A DNA stretch of 64,000 nt from Parcubacteria group bacterium (GTDB taxonomy: Bacteria > Patescibacteriota > Minisyncoccia > UBA10092). Each line of letters opens with the position of its first letter. Positions within the stretch are counted from its first letter, which is position 1. The notes under the pieces are model-generated. The model saw only the letters and a program-made list of their open reading frames with translations. It ran no database searches and was not told where the DNA came from. A program made the translations under genes and the position numbers. The stretch spans positions 1,877 to 65,876 of the forward strand of contig JACPHB010000006.1 of the NCBI GenBank assembly GCA_016188835.1, in the 5' to 3' direction. This document shows, in pieces, positions 37,866 to 47,500 of the stretch.

Positions 37866-37927
37866 CTCAACGGACAGAGCGCAACCCTCCGAAGGTTGAG
37901 ATCAAGGTTCAATTCCTTGTAGGGGCA
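37856..37927 (+). tRNA. tRNA-Arg(CCG)
   Basis: cloverleaf GTCCCTA/TAGGGGC, anticodon arm CAACC-CTCCGAA-GGTTG, T-loop GTTCAATTC; CCA not encoded. Confidence 0.93.
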
Positions 37928-37949
37928 CAAATATGTTAAAATAAAATGT

Positions 37950-38564
37950 ATGTTTTCAATATTCATTAATAAGGTCATAAGGGTTTTGGTGATGGGCGAT
38001 ATTATGTTTTTTTCCGCCTTCGGGTTAATCGGCCCGATTTTTGCCGTTTTCGTTACCCAGCAGATTACTGGCGCTACTATTGCCACTGCCGGATTTGCCG
38101 CCACAATAAATCTTTTAACCAGAGCTTTGCTACAAATGCCTATTGCTCGATATATAGATCGCCATAAAGGCGAAAAAGACGATTTTCTTTTTATGGTTGC
38201 CGGATCGGTTTTAATCAGCATCGTGCCCTTTGTTTATTTATTCATAACAACGCCCACTCATTTATATATAGCGCAAGTTATCTTGGGTATTGGAGGGGCA
38301 TTAGCTAACCCGGGTTGGTACGCGATTTTTACGCGCCATATTGATAAAGAAAAAGAAGGCACCGAATGGACTTTAGAAAACGTTGGGATAGGCCTTGCTT
38401 CCGCAGGAGCTGCTGCCTTGGGTGGCATTATGGCGGAACGTTTTGGTTTTCAGAATCTTTTTTTGATCGTCGGTGTCTTGTCTTTAGTCGGCTTAATAAT
38501 CCAGATTTCACTTTACAGTACGGTTATTGAATTGGATCACGGCGGGAATCCGGAGAAAAAATAA
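37950..38564 (+). CDS. half-size (6-TM) MFS transporter
   Basis: six hydrophobic helices, MFS-like ARYID loop. Confidence 0.75.
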   Translation: MFSIFINKVIRVLVMGDIMFFSAFGLIGPIFAVFVTQQITGATIATAGFAATINLLTRALLQMPIARYIDRHKGEKDDFLFMVAGSVLISIVPFVYLFITTPTHLYIAQVILGIGGALANPGWYAIFTRHIDKEKEGTEWTLENVGIGLASAGAAALGGIMAERFGFQNLFLIVGVLSLVGLIIQISLYSTVIELDHGGNPEKK

Positions 38565-38570
38565 ATTTTC

Positions 38571-40328
38571 ATGATCAGCAACCGTGAAATTTCAAAAATA
38601 CTCTACGAAATAGGAGAATATCTTGAAATAAAAGGAGTAATGTTTAAACCTCGGGCTTATGAAAAAGCGGGTTATTCCGTTGAAAATTTAGAAGAGGAGG
38701 TCGCAGAGATTTATAAAAAAAACGGCTTAAAAGCGGTAGAAGACATTCCCGGCATCGGTGTTTCTATAGCTCTTAAAGTTGAAGAACTTTTAAAAACCGG
38801 CCGTTTAAAATATTATGAAAAATTAAAAAAATCTTTTCCGGTTAAAATTGGAGAACTTTCAGCTATTGAAGGCATGGGGCCGAAAATGATTTTTAAGCTT
38901 TACAAGAAACTTAAAATTCGTAGCATAAAAGATTTAGAAAAAGCGGCCGGGGCTGGGAAAATCGCTGTGATTGCCGGTTTTGGGAAAAAAACCGAAGAAA
39001 AGATTTTAAAAGGCATTGAATTTTTAAGAAAATCAGGCGGCCGATTTTTACTTGGTGTTGTTTTGCCGCAAGCCAGATCAATTGAAAATCGTCTTAAAGA
39101 ATTAAAGCATGTAAACAGGGTCGCGATTGCCGGTTCGCTCCGGAGAATGCAGGAAACAATCGGCGACCTTGATTTTTTAGTAACTTCAAAAAAACCGAAA
39201 GAAGTAATGAAATTTTTTGTTTCTATGCCAGAAATATCGCATATTTATTCGCAGGGGCAAACCAAAACAATGGTTCGACTAAAAAGTGGAATTGATGCCG
39301 ACTTGCGAGTTATACCAGATATTAGTTTTGGCGCTGCTTCACAGTATTTTACCGGAGACAAACGCCACAATATAACCATTCGCGCTTTAGCCGAGCGCAA
39401 AGGTTTTAAACTAAACGAATACGGTCTGTGGCGGGGTGAAAAACTTATTGCGGGGGAAACGGAAGAGGAAATTTACAAGTCGCTCGGCATGGTGACACCA
39501 TCGCCGGAAATAAGAAACGATTCTGGAGAAATTCAAGTAGCACTGCAAAATAAACTTCCAAAACTTATCGGATACGGCGATGTGAGAGGGGATTTGCAAG
39601 TTCAAACAAACTGGACCGATGGCGAAAATTCCATTGAGGAAATGGCAGAAAGCGCGAAAAGCGCAGGCTTGGAATATATCGCCATAACTGATCACACCAA
39701 AAGTTTGGCGATGACCGGCGGTGCCGATGAAAAGAAATTATTAAAGCAGATGGCCGAGATTGATCAGTTAAATTCTAAATTTCAAGCTCTAAATTCCAAG
39801 TTCCGAATATTAAAAGGTGCCGAAGTTAATATTTTAAAAGACGGCATGCTCGATATAAAAGATGAGGTTTTGGCAAAACTGGATGTTGTTGGCATAGCGG
39901 TTCATTCACATTTTAATCTTTCTCGGGCTGAACAAACCAAAAGAATTATTAAAGCGATGAAAAACAAAAACGCCGATATATTGTTTCACCCGACCGGCCG
40001 TTTGATCCAAAAACGGGAACCTTACGATGTTGATGTTGAAGAAATCATAAAAGTAGCGAAAGAAACAGGAACGATTTTGGAAATTGATGCCGATCCGTAC
40101 CGTTTGGATTTAAAAGATGAATATATAAGGAAAGCGGTTGCGGCCGGCGTTAAACTGTCTATTAATACCGATGCTCACTCTAAAAATAGTTTTCACTATC
40201 TGGAATTTGGCATTGCCCAGGCGCGCCGCGGCTGGGCGGGTAAAAACGACATTATAAATACTCGGCCATGGCCGGAGATGTTAAAATTATTAAAAACAAA
40301 ACAAAATATAAAAAATAAAATTGCTTAG
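38571..40328 (+). CDS. polX: DNA polymerase X / PHP 3'-5' exonuclease
   Basis: HhH motifs, GSLRR..ETIGDLD, YFTG, TDH, TDAH. Confidence 0.93.
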   Translation: MISNREISKILYEIGEYLEIKGVMFKPRAYEKAGYSVENLEEEVAEIYKKNGLKAVEDIPGIGVSIALKVEELLKTGRLKYYEKLKKSFPVKIGELSAIEGMGPKMIFKLYKKLKIRSIKDLEKAAGAGKIAVIAGFGKKTEEKILKGIEFLRKSGGRFLLGVVLPQARSIENRLKELKHVNRVAIAGSLRRMQETIGDLDFLVTSKKPKEVMKFFVSMPEISHIYSQGQTKTMVRLKSGIDADLRVIPDISFGAASQYFTGDKRHNITIRALAERKGFKLNEYGLWRGEKLIAGETEEEIYKSLGMVTPSPEIRNDSGEIQVALQNKLPKLIGYGDVRGDLQVQTNWTDGENSIEEMAESAKSAGLEYIAITDHTKSLAMTGGADEKKLLKQMAEIDQLNSKFQALNSKFRILKGAEVNILKDGMLDIKDEVLAKLDVVGIAVHSHFNLSRAEQTKRIIKAMKNKNADILFHPTGRLIQKREPYDVDVEEIIKVAKETGTILEIDADPYRLDLKDEYIRKAVAAGVKLSINTDAHSKNSFHYLEFGIAQARRGWAGKNDIINTRPWPEMLKLLKTKQNIKNKIA

Positions 40329-40392
40329 CCCCACCCCGCCTGCGGCGGGGCGGCTCGCCCCCACCTACAATTTTATTTTTTATATTTTGTTT
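40299..40392. repeat. hairpin element, family C copy 2
   Basis: perfect 25-bp arms; core is the reverse complement of taggtgggggcgagccg-[hairpin]-tggggctaag. Confidence 0.88.
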
Positions 40393-40410
40393 CTTAACAT
40401 TATTATCACC

Positions 40411-40662
40411 ATGATTCATTTTAAGAAAAAAGTTTTTGAAGCGGTTAAAAAAATTCCCCAAGGGAAAACCGCGACTTATAAAGAAGTCGCGGTTTTGGCC
40501 GGCCGACCGCGCGCTTGGCGCGCGGTCGGTAATATTTTAAGCAAGAATTTTAACCCCAAAATTCCTTGCTATCGGGTAATCCGTTCTGATGGCAAAATCG
40601 GCGGCTACAACCGCGGCGTTTCAAATAAGAAGTTACTACTTAAAAAAGAGGGAGCAAAATAA
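40411..40662 (+). CDS. MGMT/Ogt-like O6-alkylguanine DNA-binding domain protein
   Basis: IP.G...TY..VA..AG.P.A.RAVG...N...IPCYRV. Confidence 0.85.
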   Translation: MIHFKKKVFEAVKKIPQGKTATYKEVAVLAGRPRAWRAVGNILSKNFNPKIPCYRVIRSDGKIGGYNRGVSNKKLLLKKEGAK

Positions 40663-40759
40663 AACCAAGTAAAATTTTTAAAATTGTAGGCGGGGTCGTG
40701 CCGTTCGCCGAAGGCGAATGGGGCTACGACAATTTTAAAAATTTTACTTGGTTTTATTT
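40657..40759. repeat. hairpin element, family C copy 3
   Basis: perfect 31-bp arms; core identical to copy 4. Confidence 0.9.
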
Positions 40760-41088
40760 ATTATCTCTTTAAAAATTTCCGGATACTCGCGCGCCAATTC
40801 CGATAAAACTTTTCTATCAAGCTCTATATTTGATTTTTTTAAGCCATGCATAAATTTGCTGTAATTTAATCCATGTTCACGGGCGGCGGCGTTGAGCTGG
40901 ATTTGCCACAAGCCTCTTGCGGTTCTTTTTTTAACCCGCCGATCACGATATGCGTGAGTCCACGCGTGAAGCAAAGCTTCTTTAGCAGCCCGTTCTTTTG
41001 ACTTACGGCCCCACTTGAAACCTTTCGTGTATTTTAAAATTTTTTCCCGCCTTTTTAAGGCGATTTTTCCTCGTTTAACTCTAGGCAT
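40744..41088 (-). CDS. rplT: 50S ribosomal protein L20
   Basis: MPRVKRG...AYRDRR.KKR..R.LW, LDRKVLS. Confidence 0.97.
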   Translation of the reverse strand: MPRVKRGKIALKRREKILKYTKGFKWGRKSKERAAKEALLHAWTHAYRDRRVKKRTARGLWQIQLNAAAREHGLNYSKFMHGLKKSNIELDRKVLSELAREYPEIFKEIINKTK

Positions 41089-41275
41089 AAGGTATATATT
41101 GTTTAAATAATTTTGTATCCGATTTTTTAATTAACGCGCTTCTGTGCTTTAAACGACCTTTTTTACCCGAATCTTTAGCATTAAAATGCGATTGATTAGT
41201 TGCTCGTCTTATTAATTTGCCTTTTCCGCTTATTTTTAACCGGCTGAGTATTGATTTGTTGGTTTTTTGTTTCAT
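41081..41275 (-). CDS. rpmI: 50S ribosomal protein L35
   Basis: K.KTNKS...R.K.SG.GK, located between infC and rplT. Confidence 0.9.
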   Translation of the reverse strand: MKQKTNKSILSRLKISGKGKLIRRATNQSHFNAKDSGKKGRLKHRSALIKKSDTKLFKQYIPYA

Positions 41276-41303
41276 TTTGGGTTTTCATTTTAATAAATCT
41301 TTA

Positions 41304-41816
41304 TTATTGTTTTATTATGGCAACATTCCATCCTCGCGGATGTTTTTTCAGTTCAGAAATAATTTTTACTGGTATGGTTATTATTTTTAAAAAATCTTCT
41401 ATTTTTTTCTTTGCTAAATCAGAAAAAGTTTTTTGATATTTGGCGCGGCCCTTTAGGACTAAATCTATCTGAACCCGCAATCCTTCGTTTAAGAATTCAT
41501 CGGTTTTTTTAGCTTTAATTTTCATATCGTTTAACCCGGTATTTAAATTTAACCGGATAACTTTCAGTAAATCCTTTTTCTGTTTAGCCCTTTGCTTTCG
41601 CCATTCTTTTTCTTCGCGGTAAAGATATTTGCCGTAATCCATAATTCTTGCGACCGGCGGTTTAGCCATTGGCGCCACTTCAATTAAGTCAAGATCTTTA
41701 CTCCCCGCCAACTTCAAAGCTTCTTCACGGCTCATTATTCCGACTTGATTGCCTTCTTCATCAGCTACTCGTAATTCCGGCGCGGTTATTTGATTGTTTA
41801 CTTTGAGTTTTTTGAT
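41304..41816 (-). CDS. infC: translation initiation factor IF-3 (probable ATC start)
   Basis: frame extends upstream as IKKLKVNNQITAPELRV; DLIEVAP.AKPPVARIMDYGKY. Confidence 0.92.
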   Translation of the reverse strand: MKKLKVNNQITAPELRVADEEGNQVGIMSREEALKLAGSKDLDLIEVAPMAKPPVARIMDYGKYLYREEKEWRKQRAKQKKDLLKVIRLNLNTGLNDMKIKAKKTDEFLNEGLRVQIDLVLKGRAKYQKTFSDLAKKKIEDFLKIITIPVKIISELKKHPRGWNVAIIKQ

Positions 41817-42016
41817 AGAATATTTTGATTAAATTTAATATGCTGAATATTAATTGGTTTCTATAAAAAAGTCAAACATTTGAGAGATTTTTGTTGTGCC
41901 CCTCGACTATCGCTCAGGGCACTCGTCTCAAAACAAAAACCAGAAACAAGTTTCTGGTTTTTGTTTTCGCTGTGGTTTACCACGAGCGAACATTGCCAAA
42001 AGCAATGTGAGTCGAG

Positions 42017-42456
42017 TGGAAGTGGCGAGAGTTGAACTCGCATCTAGAATTTAGCAATTAAACATATCTACAGGCGATAGGCTATTTATTGTTTTAGAAA
42101 TCTTTCTTAAAACAGCCAAAATAAAAGATTCCCGTTTCTTCTTTGGTTCTATCCGAATCGAAGAATTTTCGGATTAAAGCCTAATGGTTGACACCGGTAT
42201 TGTCCTATTAGACATCAGACAGCCGATGCCCTCCTACGTTAAAACTTCGGAGGGTGAAACCCGCTTAAGCAAAAGCGAAAGCAGGAGTTAGATTTGTTTT
42301 GGCAGTTATTTTCTGCTTTGCCCTCCATAGCTTTACGCGAAGGAGGGCAATCTCGGGGATTGTCGCATCCCGCTGAGCGGGACGGAATTTCGAGGTTACG
42401 AGATATCCTCGGCCTGCATATTTAATTTTAAAATTCTATCGAAGCCCATCACCCCC
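42017..42456 (-). ncRNA. ssrA: tmRNA, tag peptide AKTNLTPAFAFA
   Basis: 5' GGGGGTG and 3' CACTTCCA with G3-U70, T-arm GCGAGTTCAACTCTCGC, ATAACT|GCC resume site, tag at 42265-42303, directly downstream of smpB. Confidence 0.93.
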
Positions 42457-42457
42457 A

Positions 42458-42901
42458 TTATTGTTTCAACTCGCGTTCTATTTTTCTTGCGGCTTCTCTT
42501 TTTGAAATTACCGCTCTTTTGTCATATTGCTTTTTTCCCCTGACCAAGCCAATTTCAATTTTGATTCTTCGGCCTTTATTATAAACCTTTAATGGCACCA
42601 AAGTCAACCCCTTTTGTTTTGTTTTACCGGAAATGTAATCAATTTCTTTTTTATTCAAAAGCAATTTTCTGGTGCGAGACGGATCATAGTCAGACGGCTG
42701 ATTTTTTGGCTGATAAGGAGCAATTGAGGCGCCAATCAGGTGAGGTTCGCCATTATGAAAATTAACATAAGATCCGGCTAGATTCATCCGTCCTCCCCTT
42801 ATTGATTTAACCTCGGCGCCGGACAACACCAAACCGGCCTCGAATTTTTCAAGGATTTCATAATCAAAATAAGCTTTTCTGTTTTCAGCAAGTGCGCTCA
42901 T
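42458..42901 (-). CDS. smpB: SsrA-binding protein
   Basis: NRKA.FDY.I...FEAGLVL.G.EVKS.R, GKKQYDKR. Confidence 0.97.
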   Translation of the reverse strand: MSALAENRKAYFDYEILEKFEAGLVLSGAEVKSIRGGRMNLAGSYVNFHNGEPHLIGASIAPYQPKNQPSDYDPSRTRKLLLNKKEIDYISGKTKQKGLTLVPLKVYNKGRRIKIEIGLVRGKKQYDKRAVISKREAARKIERELKQ

Positions 42902-42957
42902 AAAGTAAATATATCAGATACTTCTAATTTTTCCCAAATTTAGTTAATATTATATTA

Positions 42958-44580
42958 ATGATAGAACTAATTAAAACGCTATTAGCCGACATAACGAGAA
43001 AAATAGCTCCCAATTTCACTGGCGAAATTGTTGTTAAAATAACGGAAAATAAAAATCAAGGCGATTACACTTCAAACGTTGCTTTTGCTTTGTCAAAAAT
43101 TCTAAAAAAATCATCGCAAATAGCGGCAGAGGAATTGGTAAAAAAGCTCAAGTTTTCTACAGCGGGCAAGAAAGAATTTTCTAAAATTGAAGCTCAAAAC
43201 GGTTTTATAAACTTTTTTCTTTCAGAAAATTGTTTAAAGCATCAACTTGAGGAAATTTTAAGGTTAAAAAATAAATACGGAAATTCCAATATTGGCAAAA
43301 ATTGTAAAACTCAAATCGAGTTCATTTCCGCTAATCCAACTGGGCCTTTAACTATCGGTAATGGCCGGGGTGGATTTTACGGCGATGTTCTGGCGAATGT
43401 TTTGAAAACACAAGGGTATAAGATTACCAGAGAATTTTATATAAACGACAGGGGCGGCCAAATTTTGGCTCTTGGCAGGTCAATTAAATTGGCGCGGGGT
43501 GAGAAGTTAGATTTAGAAAAAACCGAATCAGAAAATTTATATAGGGGCGATTATATAAATGCCTTGGCGGAACAGATAGATAAAAATTTAAGCGTTGAAG
43601 AAACGGGGCAAAGAGCAGTTGATTTAATTTTAAGTACACACATAAAACCGGTTATAAAAAAATTGGGGATAAAATACAATGTTTGGTTTTCCGAGAAATC
43701 TTTATACAAGAACGGAATCTATCAAAGAGTAATGGGTGATTTAATGCAAAAAGATTTAATTTATGAAGCGGACGGAGCGACTTGGATGAAAACATCAGAA
43801 TTGGGCGACAGCGAAGACAGGGTCTTGATAAAAAGTAATGGCGACGAAACATATTTTATGTCCGACATTCTTTATCATTTGAATAAATTTGAAATAAGGA
43901 AGTTTGATAAGGTTATTGATGTTTGGGGGGCCGATCATCATGGCGATATGCTACGGTTATCTGGTGTTTTAAAGGTTTTAGGTGTTGATTTGGGACGACT
44001 TATAATATTGCTTAATCAATTTGTGCGTCTTGTTTTGGGCGGAAAAGAATTTAAGTTTTCAAAGCGCGCCGGAACTTTTATAACCCTTGAAGAATTAGTT
44101 GATGAAGTGGGGCTTGATGCCACCAGATTTTTCTTTTTGATGTACTCGATCAATACCCATATGGATTTTGATCTGGCGCTTGCAAAGGAACGATCGCAGA
44201 AAAATCCGGTTTATTACGTTCAATACGCTCATGCGAGAATCACGAGTATTCTCGTTAAAATCAAAAATCAAAAATCAAAAATCAAAATTACAAATCAAAA
44301 TTTAAAATTATTAAATACCGAACCGGAATTAAATTTAATGAGAAAATTAATAGAGTTGCCCGAAATTTTAATTGATATCTCAAAAAATTACGAAGTCCAC
44401 CGACTGCCGCGATACGCGTTGGAGTTGGCACGGGAATTCCACAATTTTTACGAAAAAGAACGGGTAATTACCGAAGATAAAAACTTAACAATAGCTCGTT
44501 TGTCATTAGTCATGGCGACAAAAATTGTTTTGGCAAATACGTTAAACTTGATGGGTATTAAATCTCCTGATAAGATGTAA
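42958..44580 (+). CDS. argS: arginine-tRNA ligase
   Basis: EFISANPTGPL, GADHHG, FSKRAG, YVQYAHAR. Confidence 0.96.
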   Translation: MIELIKTLLADITRKIAPNFTGEIVVKITENKNQGDYTSNVAFALSKILKKSSQIAAEELVKKLKFSTAGKKEFSKIEAQNGFINFFLSENCLKHQLEEILRLKNKYGNSNIGKNCKTQIEFISANPTGPLTIGNGRGGFYGDVLANVLKTQGYKITREFYINDRGGQILALGRSIKLARGEKLDLEKTESENLYRGDYINALAEQIDKNLSVEETGQRAVDLILSTHIKPVIKKLGIKYNVWFSEKSLYKNGIYQRVMGDLMQKDLIYEADGATWMKTSELGDSEDRVLIKSNGDETYFMSDILYHLNKFEIRKFDKVIDVWGADHHGDMLRLSGVLKVLGVDLGRLIILLNQFVRLVLGGKEFKFSKRAGTFITLEELVDEVGLDATRFFFLMYSINTHMDFDLALAKERSQKNPVYYVQYAHARITSILVKIKNQKSKIKITNQNLKLLNTEPELNLMRKLIELPEILIDISKNYEVHRLPRYALELAREFHNFYEKERVITEDKNLTIARLSLVMATKIVLANTLNLMGIKSPDKM

Positions 44581-44584
44581 ACCT

Positions 44585-47500
44585 ATGGAATTATTTTCTC
44601 CGAAAACTGAAGAAAAGATTTTGGATTTTTGGCAAAAAAATCAAATTTTTGAGAAATTAAGACAAAAAATCAGAGGCCAAAAACACTGGTCTTTTTTGGA
44701 TGGGCCGATTACCGCTAACAATCCCATGGGCGTTCATCACGCGTGGGGCCGGACTTATAAAGACCTATTTCAGAGATATAAAGCGATGAGAGGGTTTGAC
44801 CAGAGATTTCAAAACGGTTTTGACGCTCAAGGTCTTTGGGTGGAAGTAGAGGTGGAAAAAGAACTGGGTTTTAAATCCAAAAAAGACATTGAGAAGTATG
44901 GAATTGCCAAATTTGTTGAAAAATGCAAAGAGCGCGTAAGAAAATATTCCGAAATCCAAACGAATCAATCGATCAGATTAGGCCAATGGATGGACTGGAA
45001 AAACAGTTATTACACGATGTCTAATGAAAATAATATCGCCATCTGGCACTTTCTAAAAAAATGCCGGGAAAAAGGATTGCTTTATAAAGGACACGATGTT
45101 GTCCCCTGGTGTTGGCGTTGCGGTACGGCTATTTCCCAACATGAAATATTAACCGAAGATTACAAAGAAGTTACCCACGACTCGGTTTATATAGAATATC
45201 CCATTGTTGGAAACCGAGCTTCAAACATTTTCAATAAAAAAAATACCTATCTTTTAGTTTGGACCACAACTCCTTGGACTCTTCTCGGCAATGCGGCGAT
45301 AGCTATTGACCCAGAAAAGATTTATGCGGAAGCGACGGGGGAAATTAAAGGCAATTCGTATTATCTTATAAAAACTGCGGCGGAAAAATTAAACCTCAAA
45401 ATTATCAGAACGTTTAAGGGAAAGGAGTTAGTCGGTTTAATTTATAAATCGCCGTTTGATAATTTGCCGACTGTTAAAAAAACTTTATCAGGGTTTGTCC
45501 ATAAAGTTGTTGCTACTGATTCTCGCATTTTACCGGTTAGCGAGGAAGAAGGAACAGGGTTAGTTCATATAGCGCCCGGCCAAGGTGTTGAAGATTATCG
45601 ATTGGCCAAAAAATTAAAAATTCCTGCGGTTAATTTAATTGACGATGCGGCAGTTTACTTAAAAGACCTTGGACAATTCAGCGGCAAAAATGCGAAAGAA
45701 CATCCGGAAATAATTATCAATTATTTAAAAACTGCGGATTTTCTTTTTGACGCTCCAAAATATACCCACCGCTATCCCATCTGTTGGAGGTGTAAAACCG
45801 AGTTGGTATGGAAAATTGCCGACGAGTGGTATATATCAATGGATAAATTGAGGAAGCCATTAATGGAAATAGCCAAAAAAATAAAATGGATTCCTTCTTT
45901 TGGTTTAGGAAGAGAGATCGATTGGCTGAAAAATATGTCCGACTGGCTGATTTCAAAGAAAAGATATTGGGGGCTGGCGCTGCCTATTTTTGAGTGCCGA
46001 TGCGGGAACTTTGAAGTTGTCGGTTCACTTGCCGATTTTGACAAATATTCACTAAGAAAACCAAATCATTACATATTATTGCGCCACGGCGAAGCGGAAA
46101 ACAACCGTCTTAAAATCACCTCTTCTTATCCAGAGAAGGAAAAATACCCCTTAACAATAAAAGGTATTGGAGAAATTGAAAAACTTATTCCATGGTTTAA
46201 GAAAAAAAGAGTTGATTTGGTATTTTCTTCCGATATTTTACGGGCGCGGGAAACCGCTCAAATTATTGCCGGCGCTTTGGGGAAAACCGTAACTTATGAA
46301 AAGCGGCTTCGCGAGCATAACTTTGGCGATTACAACGGGCGTACTCATAAAGAATGGCATTCGCTTTTTGGCAGTAATAAAACGAATCAGTATGCAACTA
46401 AACCGCTGGGCGGCGAAAATCTGAAAGACGTTCAAAAAAGAATGACCAGTTTTCTCAAGGAATTGGATAAAAAATACGAAGGCAAAACAATTTTAATTGT
46501 AAGCCATGCCAATCCAATAGTGGCGGCCGCCAGCGCCTATAATGGTTACAAAAATGAAGAAACATTTGAAAAATTTAATATTGACGAAACTACCGGTTCT
46601 GTCGTTGAAATATATGGCCATAACTGGCCATATAATAATGACGGCGATTTGGATTTGCACCGGCCCTACGTTGATGAAATCAGAATCAAATGTTCTAAAT
46701 GTGGCAAAATGGTCTCTCGTGTTTTAGATGTCGGCAATCCTTGGCTAGATGCCGGAATTGTGCCTTATTCAACCATAGGATACTTTGAGGAGCACGTAAA
46801 ACTGCCTGACGGCAGTAACGTGCCAGGTAAAAAATTTTGGCGCAAGTGGTTTCCCGCCGAGCTTGTTTGTGAGTCATTTCCCGGCCAGTTTAAAAATTGG
46901 TTTTATTCTTTGATTGTAATGAGCGCGGTTTTAGAAAAAGTTCCGCCAATGAAAACGGTTTTTGGTTATGCTTCGGTTCGAGACGACAAAGGTGAAGAGA
47001 TGCACAAATCAAAGGGGAATGCCATTTGGTTTGACGAAGCGGCGGAAAAAATAGGAGTTGACGTGATGCGCTGGATGTATGTTAAACAGAATCCGGCCGA
47101 TAATTTAAAATTCGGATATGCGCCGGCTAAAGAGCACGAAAGAAAACTAATGAATCTTTGGAACAGTTTCACTTTTTTTAAAACTTATGCTTCGCATAAA
47201 CCAAGCTCCAAGCTCTCCTTCGACAAGCTCAGGATCCCGAGCGGCGTCGAGGGACAAGCTCCAAGCTCTTTATTAGACCAGTGGATTTTGTCGCGTCTTA
47301 ATAATCTTATAGAAAAAGTCACCAAAGATTTGGATAAATATGATTCTGCTTCTGCCAGTAGAGCGATTGAAGAGTTTTTTATAGAAGATCTTTCTTTGTG
47401 GCATATCCGCCGTTCGCGGGTAAGGTTTCAAATGCCGAAATCAGAAAAAGAAAAACAAGAAGCTGTCGAAATGCTTTATCTGGTATTATTTAGTTTATCA

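Noticed and set aside
46801-46816. Short hairpin actgcctgacggcagt in ileS as a family B copy
   Set aside because: Too short and divergent to distinguish from chance.
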